From positions 594,511-658,510 of the forward strand of contig CAZQXB010000001.1 of assembly GCA_964597575.1 (NCBI GenBank): 64,000 bases of DNA. Direction: 5' to 3'. A program made the translations under genes and the position numbers. Below are positions 31,743-41,917 of this stretch, piece by piece. Source of the stretch: an uncultured Gammaproteobacteria bacterium. GTDB lineage: Bacteria > Patescibacteriota > Patescibacteriia > Magasanikbacterales > UBA922. Numbering within the stretch: position 1 is the stretch's first letter; the number at the start of each line of letters is the position of its first letter. The notes beneath the pieces were generated by a model. That model made no database searches. It was not told the origin of the DNA and saw only the letters and a list, made by a program, of their open reading frames with translations.

Positions 31743-34322
31743 TTACCTGCCCTGGCTATCGCTTTCAGAAACCAAAGCTTCTTTCGGTGGAGGCAAAAAG
31801 TACTTACGGAGTTCAACCCCAACCAACGGCAAAAGGGATAGTGGAAGAATTGCTCCAAGCAAAGAGAGGGACAGCGGACGTGTTGCAAACAGTTGATTCG
31901 CAATTGGAACGTACACGAATAAAAATGCAATGAGAAGTGTGCCGAGAATGGTGAGTGTAAGAAAGATATTTTTTCCAACATGACGTGAAAAAAGGGAGTG
32001 ACGATCGGATCGGCAATTATATGCGTGCCATAATCGTGATAGAAATGCGGTCATAAACGCAGCGGTCTGTGCCGATTCTGGGTCAAGAACAAGGGCAACT
32101 CCGTACCCAGCGACTGCAGTCACCGTAAGTAGAACGGCTTCAAAAAAGATATTCCCCCATCGGCGGCTGGAAATAATGGGGCGACTTCTCGGCCGCGGTT
32201 TCATATTCATAATATGCCCTTCAGGGGGTTCAAGACCAAGAGCAATGGACGGCGCGGTTTCTGAACCTAAATTTAAAAGAAGAATGTGAATAGGTAAAAG
32301 TGGTGATGGCAAACCCATGAGAAGAGAAGTCAGGATAAAGAGAACCCCGGAAAGATTACAAGAAATTTGATATCGTAGAAATTTTCCAAAATTATGCATG
32401 ATCGTTCTCCCTTGCCGAATACTGTCTACAATCGTCGCATAGTTGTCATCTTCAAGAACAATGTCTGCCACCTCTCGAGCCACATCAGTCCCAGTGCGCC
32501 CCATCGCAATACCAATGTTAGCCGTTTTAATAGCCGGAGCATCGTTTACCCCGTCCCCCGTAACCGCAACCACGTGACCCGTCGCCTGGGCCGCCTCCAC
32601 AATCCGAAGCTTATCAACCGGAGACACCCGAGCGAATACCCGAACAAAGCCAAGGGCAGCTGCCAATTCAGCATCGTTCATTTTTTGTACCATACTTCCT
32701 TCCATAATTGCTTTGTCTCCCGGAATCATTCCAAGCTCAAGCGCGATACTTTTAGCAATAAGTTTATGGTCTCCGGTAATCATTATCGTCTCAATCCCCG
32801 CTCCACGAGCTGCGGCAATGGCAGCAATCACTTCTTTTCGAACTGGGTCACGCATACCAATAAGGCCAAGGTATACATGATTTTTGACCACTTCCTCTTC
32901 GGTAAAAGAAGCAAGATGGTCCGAAGGAGTGCCCAAATTCTTTGTTGAAAAAGCAAGCATGCGTGTACCTTTTGTTGCAAGCTCATCTGTTTTGGTATAG
33001 GGCTGTGTTCCACAATCAATACCCGCACAAATACTTTCTGTCGCACCCTTAGCAATAGCTAAGTACTTTCCATCCGGGCTCTTTACAACAACAACCATCC
33101 GTTTGGTATCTGAAGAAAAAGGAATTTCGTATACTCGCTCATACGAATTACGCACTACTTCAACTGAAATACCTTGTTTTTCTGCAGCTTCGAGCAAGCA
33201 AATTTCGGTAGGGTCTCCCACATATGTTCCATCATCTATTTTTTGTGCGTCAGAGCACAAAATCGCAGCCTCGAGCAGCCACTGGGGCTGTTCAGATATG
33301 ATGTCGGTTACCGTCATTTTATTTTCTGTGAGTGTCCCTGTTTTATCGGTTAAAATGGCTGTCGTACTGCCGAGAGTTTCAACGGCCGTTAAATTTCTCA
33401 CGGTAGCTTTCTGGCGTGCCATAACAGTTACCGATAAAGCAAGGACCGTGGTAACAACCGTCGGCATGCCTTCAGGCACAACCGCCACGGCCAATGAAAT
33501 AGCCGTAAAAAAGGCATCACTTAAACGAAGAGACTGTAAAAGGATGAGCGCAGCAAATACTATCCCTGCTGCAGCACAGGCAAAAATCGTTAAATGAAAC
33601 CCCAAGCGATTTAATTCTTCTTGGAGCGGAGTTTTCTTTTCTGGAGCATGGAGAAGAAGTGCCGACACCTGACCAATTTGAGTGTTGAGGCCTGTCACAA
33701 CGACGACCGCCTCAGCACGACCATGAACCACGACTGTTCCTTTGAACACCATCGTACTCTGATCCCCCATACTCACATCATCCGGAAGCACAGCCATAGC
33801 GTCTTTAAGTGCGGCGTTTGATTCCCCAGTTAACGCAGATTCGTCTGTTTTGAGTTGAGCTGTTTTAAGAAGACGAGCATCTGCCGGAACTTTATCTCCG
33901 GCTTCAAGCACAATAATATCACCTGGCACTAATTCTTCAGACCGAAGAGTGGTGAGTAGCCCCGCGCGTTTCACCTTCGCCGAAGCCACAATTCTTTTTT
34001 TAAGGGCAGCTAAAGCATGTTCAGCTTTTGTCTCTTGGAAAAACCCAATACCGATATTAATCAGTGCAATGGAAAAAATAACCCACGCATCAAGCGTGGC
34101 ACCGATTGCATACGAAAGAATAGCTGCAACTACGAGCAAAATAACCAAAACATCGGTTGATTTTTTTACTAACCGCTGCCACCAAAATATTCGTTTCCCT
34201 TCAGGGATCGCATTGGGCCCATAGATTTTTAATCGCAAAACAGCCTCTTCTTGAGAGAGCCCAGTTGCAGATGACTCGAGTGTCGATAGGACTTTACTCG
34301 AAGGAAGCGAATGGTAGAACAT
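31743..34322 (-). CDS. cation-transporting P-type ATPase (type II, Ca2+/Na+/K+-like)
   Basis: TGES, PEGM, DKTGTLT, MITGD, TGDGVNDAPA. Confidence 0.93.
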   Translation of the reverse strand: MFYHSLPSSKVLSTLESSATGLSQEEAVLRLKIYGPNAIPEGKRIFWWQRLVKKSTDVLVILLVVAAILSYAIGATLDAWVIFSIALINIGIGFFQETKAEHALAALKKRIVASAKVKRAGLLTTLRSEELVPGDIIVLEAGDKVPADARLLKTAQLKTDESALTGESNAALKDAMAVLPDDVSMGDQSTMVFKGTVVVHGRAEAVVVVTGLNTQIGQVSALLLHAPEKKTPLQEELNRLGFHLTIFACAAAGIVFAALILLQSLRLSDAFFTAISLAVAVVPEGMPTVVTTVLALSVTVMARQKATVRNLTAVETLGSTTAILTDKTGTLTENKMTVTDIISEQPQWLLEAAILCSDAQKIDDGTYVGDPTEICLLEAAEKQGISVEVVRNSYERVYEIPFSSDTKRMVVVVKSPDGKYLAIAKGATESICAGIDCGTQPYTKTDELATKGTRMLAFSTKNLGTPSDHLASFTEEEVVKNHVYLGLIGMRDPVRKEVIAAIAAARGAGIETIMITGDHKLIAKSIALELGMIPGDKAIMEGSMVQKMNDAELAAALGFVRVFARVSPVDKLRIVEAAQATGHVVAVTGDGVNDAPAIKTANIGIAMGRTGTDVAREVADIVLEDDNYATIVDSIRQGRTIMHNFGKFLRYQISCNLSGVLFILTSLLMGLPSPLLPIHILLLNLGSETAPSIALGLEPPEGHIMNMKPRPRSRPIISSRRWGNIFFEAVLLTVTAVAGYGVALVLDPESAQTAAFMTAFLSRLWHAYNCRSDRHSLFSRHVGKNIFLTLTILGTLLIAFLFVYVPIANQLFATRPLSLSLLGAILPLSLLPLVGVELRKYFLPPPKEALVSESDSQGR

Positions 34323-34342
34323 GTCAAAAAGTATATCACGAG

Positions 34343-35758
34343 TTAGCTCTTTCTCTCGACAGCCCGAAATATGCGGGGATCAAAAATAGAATCATCAAGC
34401 ACGCCGTGCACAAGGTAAAGCGCTAAACGCTTTGCTCCATATATCGAGGGGAGGATTCCGATTCCATTGCACCCTAAGTTGTAGAGGAGCAAGGGATTTT
34501 CTGGTTCAGGACCAATACAACGAAGTCCGGTACTCGTATACCCCATGAGCCCGTGCCACTCGTAGGTAAATTTTACTTTCCTTTTGGGTGCCGGAGCAAA
34601 AGTAGTCTTCAAAAAATTTCTCATTTCTTTTGTTGCCTGCTTTGGATACGGATGAAGATCCTTTGTATATTCGCCACCAGGAGGAAGTTCACTCTCTGGA
34701 CCACCGATGCATACTAAGTTGTGTGTTTCGTCTTTTTCATACTCATGGGCTCGGCGTGTAATAAGAAAGTACGGGTCGGCCTCGGCGGCTCCACTGCCCT
34801 CTTTGGCTCGACTATTTGAAACGTAACTAATTCCCGTAGGCGGACTTCCGAGCGGCTCAAGATACCCAGCCATGTACCCAATGCGACCTGTAACCATATC
34901 ATGAAACATCGTATCGACCGGCTCCCCGACCGTATTGGTAATACGAATTCGTTCAAACCCGTTGGTGCAAAGCACGATATGGCCTGCAGTAATTGTACCA
35001 CCATCAGACACGGCCTTCGCTTCACGACGCATGAGGTCGACCTGATCAATGGGAGTCTGTTCAAATACCTGAAGACGTTCGGGGTAGCGGGACATGAGTG
35101 CTGACAAAAGCTCTTCAGTAAAAAGAGCACTATTCACGCATCCTTTTCTACTCACCAGTGCTGCCACATATGCTTCATTTTTCGATTCCGTAAGTTCTAA
35201 AATGCGACTCGGGGATACCGCCGCACAAAGCGATTGATAGGCCGCAGGAATTTTAGGGAAAATCTGTTCAGAAACTAACATGTTCTCAATGGAGAGCCCC
35301 GCCTCTCTTTGAAGGCGAATATCTTCTAAATACGAAACCACGTCCTCAAGGGAAGCTAAGGCGGCATACCCAGTAAACGTCGAAAGCGGGGTTTTCAGTT
35401 CAAACGTTTTGTACAGAAAGAAGAGCAAATCCCATGCACTAAAAATGCCTTCTTGAGCTTTTGCAGCAAGTGGTAAGCCGTACACGCGAGCAATATCACT
35501 AAACGGCCGCTCAAAATAACTCACAATTTGCCCTGCATTGTGCCCGGTCGCGCCATGAGCAATTTTTCCCGCATCCACAAGAACAATTTTTTTCTCGGTA
35601 TCAAGAAGAAGGAAAGCAGCCGTAGTTACCCCGGCAATACCGCCACCAATAATTAAAACCTCGGTAGAAATATCCTCTGAAAGCTTTTTCGCGGCCCGTG
35701 TGCGACGAAGCGTGTGAATCCAAGGTGAAAAATTTTGTTTCCGGCGTCGAAAAAACAT
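34343..35758 (-). CDS. FAD-dependent oxidoreductase (DAO family)
   Basis: IIGGGIAG Rossmann motif, GATGHNAGQ, CTNG, WHGLMGYT, GCNGIG. Confidence 0.82.
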   Translation of the reverse strand: MFFRRRKQNFSPWIHTLRRTRAAKKLSEDISTEVLIIGGGIAGVTTAAFLLLDTEKKIVLVDAGKIAHGATGHNAGQIVSYFERPFSDIARVYGLPLAAKAQEGIFSAWDLLFFLYKTFELKTPLSTFTGYAALASLEDVVSYLEDIRLQREAGLSIENMLVSEQIFPKIPAAYQSLCAAVSPSRILELTESKNEAYVAALVSRKGCVNSALFTEELLSALMSRYPERLQVFEQTPIDQVDLMRREAKAVSDGGTITAGHIVLCTNGFERIRITNTVGEPVDTMFHDMVTGRIGYMAGYLEPLGSPPTGISYVSNSRAKEGSGAAEADPYFLITRRAHEYEKDETHNLVCIGGPESELPPGGEYTKDLHPYPKQATKEMRNFLKTTFAPAPKRKVKFTYEWHGLMGYTSTGLRCIGPEPENPLLLYNLGCNGIGILPSIYGAKRLALYLVHGVLDDSIFDPRIFRAVERKS

Positions 35759-35761
35759 ACA

Positions 35762-36490
35762 CTACTTTGCTTTACGCATATAATATGCCCGGGTTTCAGG
35801 CGTAAACCGTTCAATGGCATACCGAAGCATAGTTCGAGGCATATAATCTTTGTGTGTTTCTAAAAAAGCCTGTAGTACCCCTGGATTCTTTTTACCGACC
35901 TCTCGGAGCATCCAGCCTGCAGCTTTATGCATCAGATCCTCCTTATCCTTCAACACAGTGGCAGCTGCAAAAAGAGTGGGTTCAAAAATACCTGTACGGA
36001 TAAATGCCCATGTGGAAACTACGCCTATCCGACGATCCCACAATCTTTTGCTTTTAAGAAGCTCGCCCTGAGTCTTTTTTACCCATATTTTTCTCGTACG
36101 ATATTCTTGAAGCCAAAAATCACCGACAAGGTATGGAGCAGTAAGATCAACCAAATCCCAATTATTCGCAGCGGATTTTTCTTTTATGAAAAAAGAATAT
36201 AATTGTTTTTTTTCTTTGAGAGAAGCGGCTTCGTACTGCATCACAAGTATCTCAAGCCCCACCAAGCGATCTTCATGCCAAGTACTACTTAATAATTGTT
36301 TTACAACAGAAAGCGGAGCGTCTTTATATTTTTTTGCGACCAAACGGCAGGCGGGCACGGTCACCCCGATGAATTTATCACCAAACCCGTACTCCCCTTT
36401 TTTGGTTTTAAAAAACCAGGTAAGTGTTTTGCCATACCCCGGCTTTTTAACCTTTCGAAGGTCTTTTTTGATAACAACGGCATTGGTCAT
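35762..36490 (-). CDS. DNA alkylation repair protein (AlkD-like)
   Basis: FFKT..GEYG.GD.FIGVTVP, NNWDLVD, HKAAGWMLREVGK, MPRTMLRYAIE. Confidence 0.9.
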   Translation of the reverse strand: MTNAVVIKKDLRKVKKPGYGKTLTWFFKTKKGEYGFGDKFIGVTVPACRLVAKKYKDAPLSVVKQLLSSTWHEDRLVGLEILVMQYEAASLKEKKQLYSFFIKEKSAANNWDLVDLTAPYLVGDFWLQEYRTRKIWVKKTQGELLKSKRLWDRRIGVVSTWAFIRTGIFEPTLFAAATVLKDKEDLMHKAAGWMLREVGKKNPGVLQAFLETHKDYMPRTMLRYAIERFTPETRAYYMRKAK

Positions 36491-36638
36491 AGCTTAAAAC
36501 ACTGTACCATATTATGATCATTTTCTGAAGACAAAAGGCTTTACCTCAAAAGCACTCCGACGGACAGATGTTTTTTTCAGAAATGATCTTAAATGAAATA
36601 TAAGAAGGGTTGTTTCCCTGGTCACCACAGGGTACAAT

Positions 36639-37970
36639 ATGGAAACATACCATATGACCCAAGAGGAAGCGCTCGACATTTTAAAGATGGGCCACAATGT
36701 TTTTCTCACGGGGCCGGCCGGAAGTGGCAAGACCTATGTTTTGAATTCTTACATTAAGTATCTAAAAAAACACAAGGTCCCGGTGGCAGTTACCGCTTCA
36801 ACCGGAATTGCCGCAGCCCATATGGATGGCACAACAATTCATTCCTGGACAGGCATTGGCCTTAAGGATTCCCTCACTCGTAAACAACTTACTGAACTAT
36901 CCAAAAACAAAGAACTGGTTGCGCGCATTGAAGGTGCTCGAGTTCTTATCATCGATGAAATCTCTATGCTTGATTCCAAGCGTTTTGAAGCCATTCAGAT
37001 GGTTTGCCAAAGCATACGAAAAAGCGCCCGGCCATTTGGTGGAATACAACTCGTTTTATGTGGAGATTTTTTTCAGCTTCCGCCAGTCGCTAAAAGAGAT
37101 GCTCCAGCCCCCCAGTTTTGCTTCACCTCCTATGCTTGGCGCGAAGCCAATATTGTCACCTGCTACCTCGAAAAACAATACCGCCAACACGACACACGCT
37201 TTCTCGACACGCTAAACGCTATCCGAAACAATGCGGTTACCCCAGAAATTCGAGCCACTTTGCTTGAGCGTCAAGGAAAACCCATCGAAGGAGTAGTAAA
37301 GCCAACGAAACTCTATACCCACAACCAGCGCGTAGACGAAGTGAATGCATTTGAGTTGAATCAAATTGAGGGGGAAACTTCAATTTACCGCATGAAATAC
37401 GATGGCGGATATACGGAAATTGATGAGCTTAAAAAATCGTGCCTTGCACCAGAAGAATTGGTAATCAAAAAAGGAGCGTTTGTCATGTTCACTAAAAATA
37501 ATTACGAAGCCGGGTACGTTAACGGCACTCTTGGAACGGTCGTCGCGATTGAAATCGATACCAACCATCCTGTTGTTCAAAAACTGGATGGCACAACGGT
37601 TGTAGCGAAACCCAGCGATTGGGTTATGGAAGACGATAGCGGAGAAGTGCTTGCCACCATTACTCAAATCCCCCTCAGGCTTGCCTGGGCCATGACCATT
37701 CATAAAAGCCAAGGGATGAGTTTGGATGCAGCCGAAATTGACCTCGGAAGTGCGTTTACCGAAGGAATGGGGTATGTAGCGCTGTCACGCGTTCGATCAC
37801 TTTCTGGAATTAAATTGCTTGGTTTAAATACCATGGCGCTTCGGGTAAACCCACTCGTTCATGAAGTAGATACCGAATTACGTATACTCTCGCTTGAGAG
37901 AGAAAAAGAATTACAAAAACTCCCCAAACGAGAAAAACAAGATCTCCACAAAAAATTTCTAAAAAAATAA
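36639..37970 (+). CDS. PIF1-family DNA helicase
   Basis: TGPAGSGKT, TASTGIAA, IIDEISML, PFGGIQLVLCGDFFQLPPV, QIPLRLAWAMTIHKSQG, YVALSR. Confidence 0.93.
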   Translation: METYHMTQEEALDILKMGHNVFLTGPAGSGKTYVLNSYIKYLKKHKVPVAVTASTGIAAAHMDGTTIHSWTGIGLKDSLTRKQLTELSKNKELVARIEGARVLIIDEISMLDSKRFEAIQMVCQSIRKSARPFGGIQLVLCGDFFQLPPVAKRDAPAPQFCFTSYAWREANIVTCYLEKQYRQHDTRFLDTLNAIRNNAVTPEIRATLLERQGKPIEGVVKPTKLYTHNQRVDEVNAFELNQIEGETSIYRMKYDGGYTEIDELKKSCLAPEELVIKKGAFVMFTKNNYEAGYVNGTLGTVVAIEIDTNHPVVQKLDGTTVVAKPSDWVMEDDSGEVLATITQIPLRLAWAMTIHKSQGMSLDAAEIDLGSAFTEGMGYVALSRVRSLSGIKLLGLNTMALRVNPLVHEVDTELRILSLEREKELQKLPKREKQDLHKKFLKK

Positions 37971-37996
37971 ATCCGGCAAATCGCCGGATTTATTTT
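37964..37996. terminator. bidirectional intrinsic terminator
   Basis: AAAATAAATCCGGC-aaatc-GCCGGATTTATTTT. Confidence 0.85.
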
Positions 37997-38010
37997 AACG
38001 AAATAAGAAT

Positions 38011-38610
38011 CTATTGACCAAGAACACGGGTAAATGTCATCGTTCCTGCACCACCCTTGAGGTTTAATGTAAGCGTATTTCCAGATGCAGATACCGTATA
38101 CCCAATCACATCAGTTAAATACCCAGAATAAATAGTTTCTTGAGAATCTTTGCAATACATAAGGGTTGATGTTAACGGACCGATGCTCATGTATCCAGCA
38201 TTTGCGGTGTATTTTCCAGAAACGCTATTGCAGTCAGTGTGACTTACCATGCGTTCTCGCGTTTCAAAACTGAGCACAAAACGTTCAGGATTTTTTGGAG
38301 TAAACGTTCCTGTTTTAAGGGTTGTTTTCTGCCACTTCCAGGTTGTTCCGAATAAAGCTCCATTCATCGGTTCCGGAGTTGGCGCAGGAACTGGTGCTTT
38401 CGGAGTAGGCGCTGGCGGCTTAACTGCTCGAGCAGGTGGTTTTACCGCCGTTCCCGGAGCTACCACAGTAGTTGTTGGAGCTGCGCTTGGCTGAGGATCC
38501 ACTCCCTGTTTCTTTTCCTTATCTGGTTTCATCATGAATGCCACCCCGAGCGAAATAATAACGACCCCTGCCACGACAACAAGAAAAATAAATGGCGCCT
38601 TCTTTGTCAT
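38011..38610 (-). CDS. membrane-anchored META-domain (HslJ-like) protein
   Basis: TM, Pro-rich linker, LFGTTWKW...TDCNSVSGKY...LTSTLMYC; start at ATG 38610. Confidence 0.82.
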   Translation of the reverse strand: MTKKAPFIFLVVVAGVVIISLGVAFMMKPDKEKKQGVDPQPSAAPTTTVVAPGTAVKPPARAVKPPAPTPKAPVPAPTPEPMNGALFGTTWKWQKTTLKTGTFTPKNPERFVLSFETRERMVSHTDCNSVSGKYTANAGYMSIGPLTSTLMYCKDSQETIYSGYLTDVIGYTVSASGNTLTLNLKGGAGTMTFTRVLGQ

Positions 38611-38678
38611 ACTTATGAAGAATAAGAAATATTGTATAGTATAGCACACTCTATACAAAATTATCTCTTTTTTTCTCC

Positions 38679-39956
38679 TCACGATAATCCCTGACGTATC
38701 TCTTCTTCCACTAAACGCTTTGGGCGAGCATATGCTAAACGACTTAAACGCCGAAGTGTTGTAATTTGTTCCGCGTCGGCAGTGCCCCGTGCAGGTAAAC
38801 TTACTCCAGAAAACGCTTCACTCATTTTGCCATCAATCATGAGCTTCAAATAAAAATGAAATTTTGGAAGGTTAAGGAAATCTTCTTTCTTTATCGGATA
38901 GAATTCTTTTGCGAGCATCTCTGCATCTTCCACACCGACCCCAAAAGCCATAAATGTGCCTACGTTTCCTAAAATAGAATCTTGCATTCGTTCGGGAAGC
39001 TGTGCAAAGTACTGATTGGTCAAGTGAACCCCAAGCCCGTACTTGCGTGATTCCGAAAGTAAGCTTGAAAAGGTATCAGAAATAAGATTCTGAAACTCGT
39101 CGACATACAAATAAAAAGGGTATCGTTTTTCGACCGGCAACCCCGCTCTTTTTAAAATCGCAGCCTGTAATTTTGAAATGAAAATAAGCCCGAGCATCTG
39201 TGCATTAATGTCCCCAATTTTTCCTTTCGAAAGATCAATCAAAAGAATCTTTTCTCGATCAAGGATGTGGTCAAACTGAAAAGCTGATTTTCTCTGCCCG
39301 ATGATATTTCTCATGAGGCCGTTATTCATGAAGTGGCCAAATTTTGAGGTAAAATAATTAAGCATTTCGGATTTATGAAAATCTGAGGTACTTGCCATCT
39401 GCTTTGTCCAAAAATCAATCACCAGTGGGTCTTTTATGAACTTCCGCTTCGCAAGCTCAAACCGTTTATCAATAAAAAGTTTCGGGATCTCAATAAGGCT
39501 TCCCCCTTCTGGCCCCGCCATCACGGTCAGGGCCGCGCTCCGAAGCCAGTGCTCAAATTGTGGACCAATGATCCCTGTTTTATCCGGATCAAATAATTTA
39601 TAAAAAATTTCAATAACCTGAGCCACGAGAAAATCTTTTTCTGCTTCGTCACGCCACTCAAGCAAATTTAACCCAAAGGAGCATTCCGCATCAGAAGGAT
39701 CAAACAAAATAACATCCTCTAGACGGTTTTTTGGAATACGTTCTAAAAGCCAAGCGATCGACTCACCGTGAGGGTCGATGAAACAGACGCCATGCTGGTT
39801 TTCAATATCCTGCAAGCAAAGATTTTGAAACATGGTGGACTTCCCTGCCCCGGTTTTTCCAAGCATATACATATGCCGCAAACGATCGGCATCTTTATAC
39901 ACGATAGAGGTTTTTTTATTCCGAAACTCATTCGTTCCAAGGAGAACAGTAGGCAT
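38679..39956 (-). CDS. VirD4/TraG-HerA-like P-loop ATPase (DUF87 / type IV secretion coupling-type)
   Basis: RLRHMYMLGKTGAGKST, FIDPHG, FYLYVDEFQN, LSESRKYGL..TNQY..QL; no N-terminal TM segment. Confidence 0.85.
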   Translation of the reverse strand: MPTVLLGTNEFRNKKTSIVYKDADRLRHMYMLGKTGAGKSTMFQNLCLQDIENQHGVCFIDPHGESIAWLLERIPKNRLEDVILFDPSDAECSFGLNLLEWRDEAEKDFLVAQVIEIFYKLFDPDKTGIIGPQFEHWLRSAALTVMAGPEGGSLIEIPKLFIDKRFELAKRKFIKDPLVIDFWTKQMASTSDFHKSEMLNYFTSKFGHFMNNGLMRNIIGQRKSAFQFDHILDREKILLIDLSKGKIGDINAQMLGLIFISKLQAAILKRAGLPVEKRYPFYLYVDEFQNLISDTFSSLLSESRKYGLGVHLTNQYFAQLPERMQDSILGNVGTFMAFGVGVEDAEMLAKEFYPIKKEDFLNLPKFHFYLKLMIDGKMSEAFSGVSLPARGTADAEQITTLRRLSRLAYARPKRLVEEEIRQGLS

Positions 39957-39961
39957 ACAAT

Positions 39962-40246
39962 TTATTCTTCAGTTCCGAAAAACTTTTGCTCAAAATAATA
40001 GGGCGGGAGAACAAACGAATAGTGAGATAGTGTCTCTTGTTTTGCCTCCTCAACCGCAAATAGTTTTTTTAAGGCTTTTCTTTCTTGCTCTAACTTTTCT
40101 TCAATAGTATGAAAAAACTTTGGACTTACCACTCTTTCAATCTTTTTAAGCTCTGCACAACGCGCATGATAAAGAGCTGTAATATCTTCTTCAGAAAGCA
40201 TCGGGGCTTCCGCGCTGCCATGTATAGGGGAATAGAAGTGGGTCAT
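39962..40246 (-). CDS. hypothetical 94-aa protein
   Basis: ATGA overlap with upstream gene and 5-nt gap to downstream gene. Confidence 0.7.
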   Translation of the reverse strand: MTHFYSPIHGSAEAPMLSEEDITALYHARCAELKKIERVVSPKFFHTIEEKLEQERKALKKLFAVEEAKQETLSHYSFVLPPYYFEQKFFGTEE

Positions 40247-41910
40247 ACTTCATCGGCTAAAAGTTTTTCACTAATCAAATTTTCACACGTTGTTTCAATA
40301 AAACGTTTTACCGGTCGGGCACCAAAACGTGGATCAGACAACGTGCGAATCTTCTTTTTTAGAATTTCAGGGTCAATTTTAAAGGAAATTTTGTGTTTTG
40401 CAACCCGTGCCTCTACTTTTTTAATTTCTAACTTCGCCACCTCAAGCAGGTGTTCTTCGGTAAGAGGTTGAAAAACAAGCACAGCATCAAACCGATTTAA
40501 GAATTCTAAACGAAAAAATTGCGCGAGTGCAGGGACCAATTTTTCCTGAAAGAAAGCCTCGCTGTGAATGTCATCTCCTTTTTTAAAGCCATCGATAATA
40601 TCACCCACAGCTAAGTTTGAAGTAGCCATAATAACCGTTTGCGTGAAGTCGATGGTCTCACCCTGACCTGAGGTAAGTCTTCCATCATCTAAAATCTGCA
40701 AAAAGACATCAAAAATTTTGGGATGGGCTTTTTCAATTTCATCGAGAAGCACCAAACTGTACGGCTCCGTTTTTACGGCATTGGTGAGCCCTCCCCCTGC
40801 TTCAAAGCCGACATATCCTGCAGGCGCACCAATAAGACGCGCCACGGTGTGTGCCTCGCCAAATTCGGACATATCAATACGGACAAAACTTTTCTTTCCC
40901 CCGAACAACTCACTTGCCAACACTTTCGCTGTTTCTGTTTTTCCAACCCCAGAAGGACCGAGCACAAGAAAAGACCCGAGGGGGCGGTTTGGATTCTTTA
41001 GCCCAAGCTTCGCTCGCTTCACGGTTGAGGCAATTTGATTCAATGCAACTTTCTGCCCAATAATATGAGAATTAAGCTTATGTTCCAGTTGGCGAAGACG
41101 TTCTTTTTGAGATACTTGGAGTTCAGTTAAAGGAACGCCTACTTTATCAGAAATAACCTGATAGACATCCTCCTCTTTTACCTCCTTCCCTCCTTTTGTT
41201 TTGACGAGCGTTACAGACTCATCGAGAATACTTACCCCTGCCCCTGGCGAGTGACCGAGAACGGCAAACCGTTCAACGAGGCTCAAAATAAGCTCCAAAA
41301 TAGTTTGAGGGATTTGAATATGAGGGAGACCGAAACGCTTTTCCGCCGCCCGAAGAATTTGTATCTGCTCAGCTGCAGGTTGGGGTTTCAATGTCAGAAC
41401 TTCAAAAAAATGAAGAAATTGGGCCTGTTCGTTTTGAAGCCATGCAAATTCTTTCGATTCAAAAGAAAGAATCAACCGTACTTTTCCCAAATCAGCAATT
41501 GGTTTCAAAAGCTGAATCATATGCTGAAGAATGATCGGTTTGTTGTAGACGAGTGCTCCAAAATTATCAATAATAAAAACACAGCTCGGTAGTGAATCAA
41601 GTGCTTCTTTATATTTTTGAAGTGGTACCTGTACGGTACTATTTAAAGGTTCAAACGCCGAAGCTTCACATTCCACCACTCGAAAGGGTTTTGTTTCCTT
41701 TTTTTGAGCATATCGCTCCGCAAAACCACGAAGGAGAGAAGTTTTTCCAATGCCATTTGGCCCGACCACAATACAATTGTTGTGTACTGTACGGTGGACG
41801 ACCCGCTCCATGCGCTCACACTCTTCAGCACGACCAATACACGGCAAAAGACGCCCTTTGAATGCTTCGAGTGTTAAATCGTAATACCCAATTTTTGTAA
41901 ACTCAGGCAT
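40243..41910 (-). CDS. ClpA/B-like double AAA+ ATPase without N-domain; first Walker B degenerate
   Basis: D1 GPNGIGKT and FIIDNFG; D2 [36 protein letters not shown]. Confidence 0.88.
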   Translation of the reverse strand: MPEFTKIGYYDLTLEAFKGRLLPCIGRAEECERMERVVHRTVHNNCIVVGPNGIGKTSLLRGFAERYAQKKETKPFRVVECEASAFEPLNSTVQVPLQKYKEALDSLPSCVFIIDNFGALVYNKPIILQHMIQLLKPIADLGKVRLILSFESKEFAWLQNEQAQFLHFFEVLTLKPQPAAEQIQILRAAEKRFGLPHIQIPQTILELILSLVERFAVLGHSPGAGVSILDESVTLVKTKGGKEVKEEDVYQVISDKVGVPLTELQVSQKERLRQLEHKLNSHIIGQKVALNQIASTVKRAKLGLKNPNRPLGSFLVLGPSGVGKTETAKVLASELFGGKKSFVRIDMSEFGEAHTVARLIGAPAGYVGFEAGGGLTNAVKTEPYSLVLLDEIEKAHPKIFDVFLQILDDGRLTSGQGETIDFTQTVIMATSNLAVGDIIDGFKKGDDIHSEAFFQEKLVPALAQFFRLEFLNRFDAVLVFQPLTEEHLLEVAKLEIKKVEARVAKHKISFKIDPEILKKKIRTLSDPRFGARPVKRFIETTCENLISEKLLADEV

Positions 41911-41917
41911 AGGAAAA

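Noticed and set aside
38679-39956. Conjugative element/ICE based on the VirD4-like ATPase
   Set aside because: No relaxase, VirB-like genes, integrase or flanking att sites nearby.
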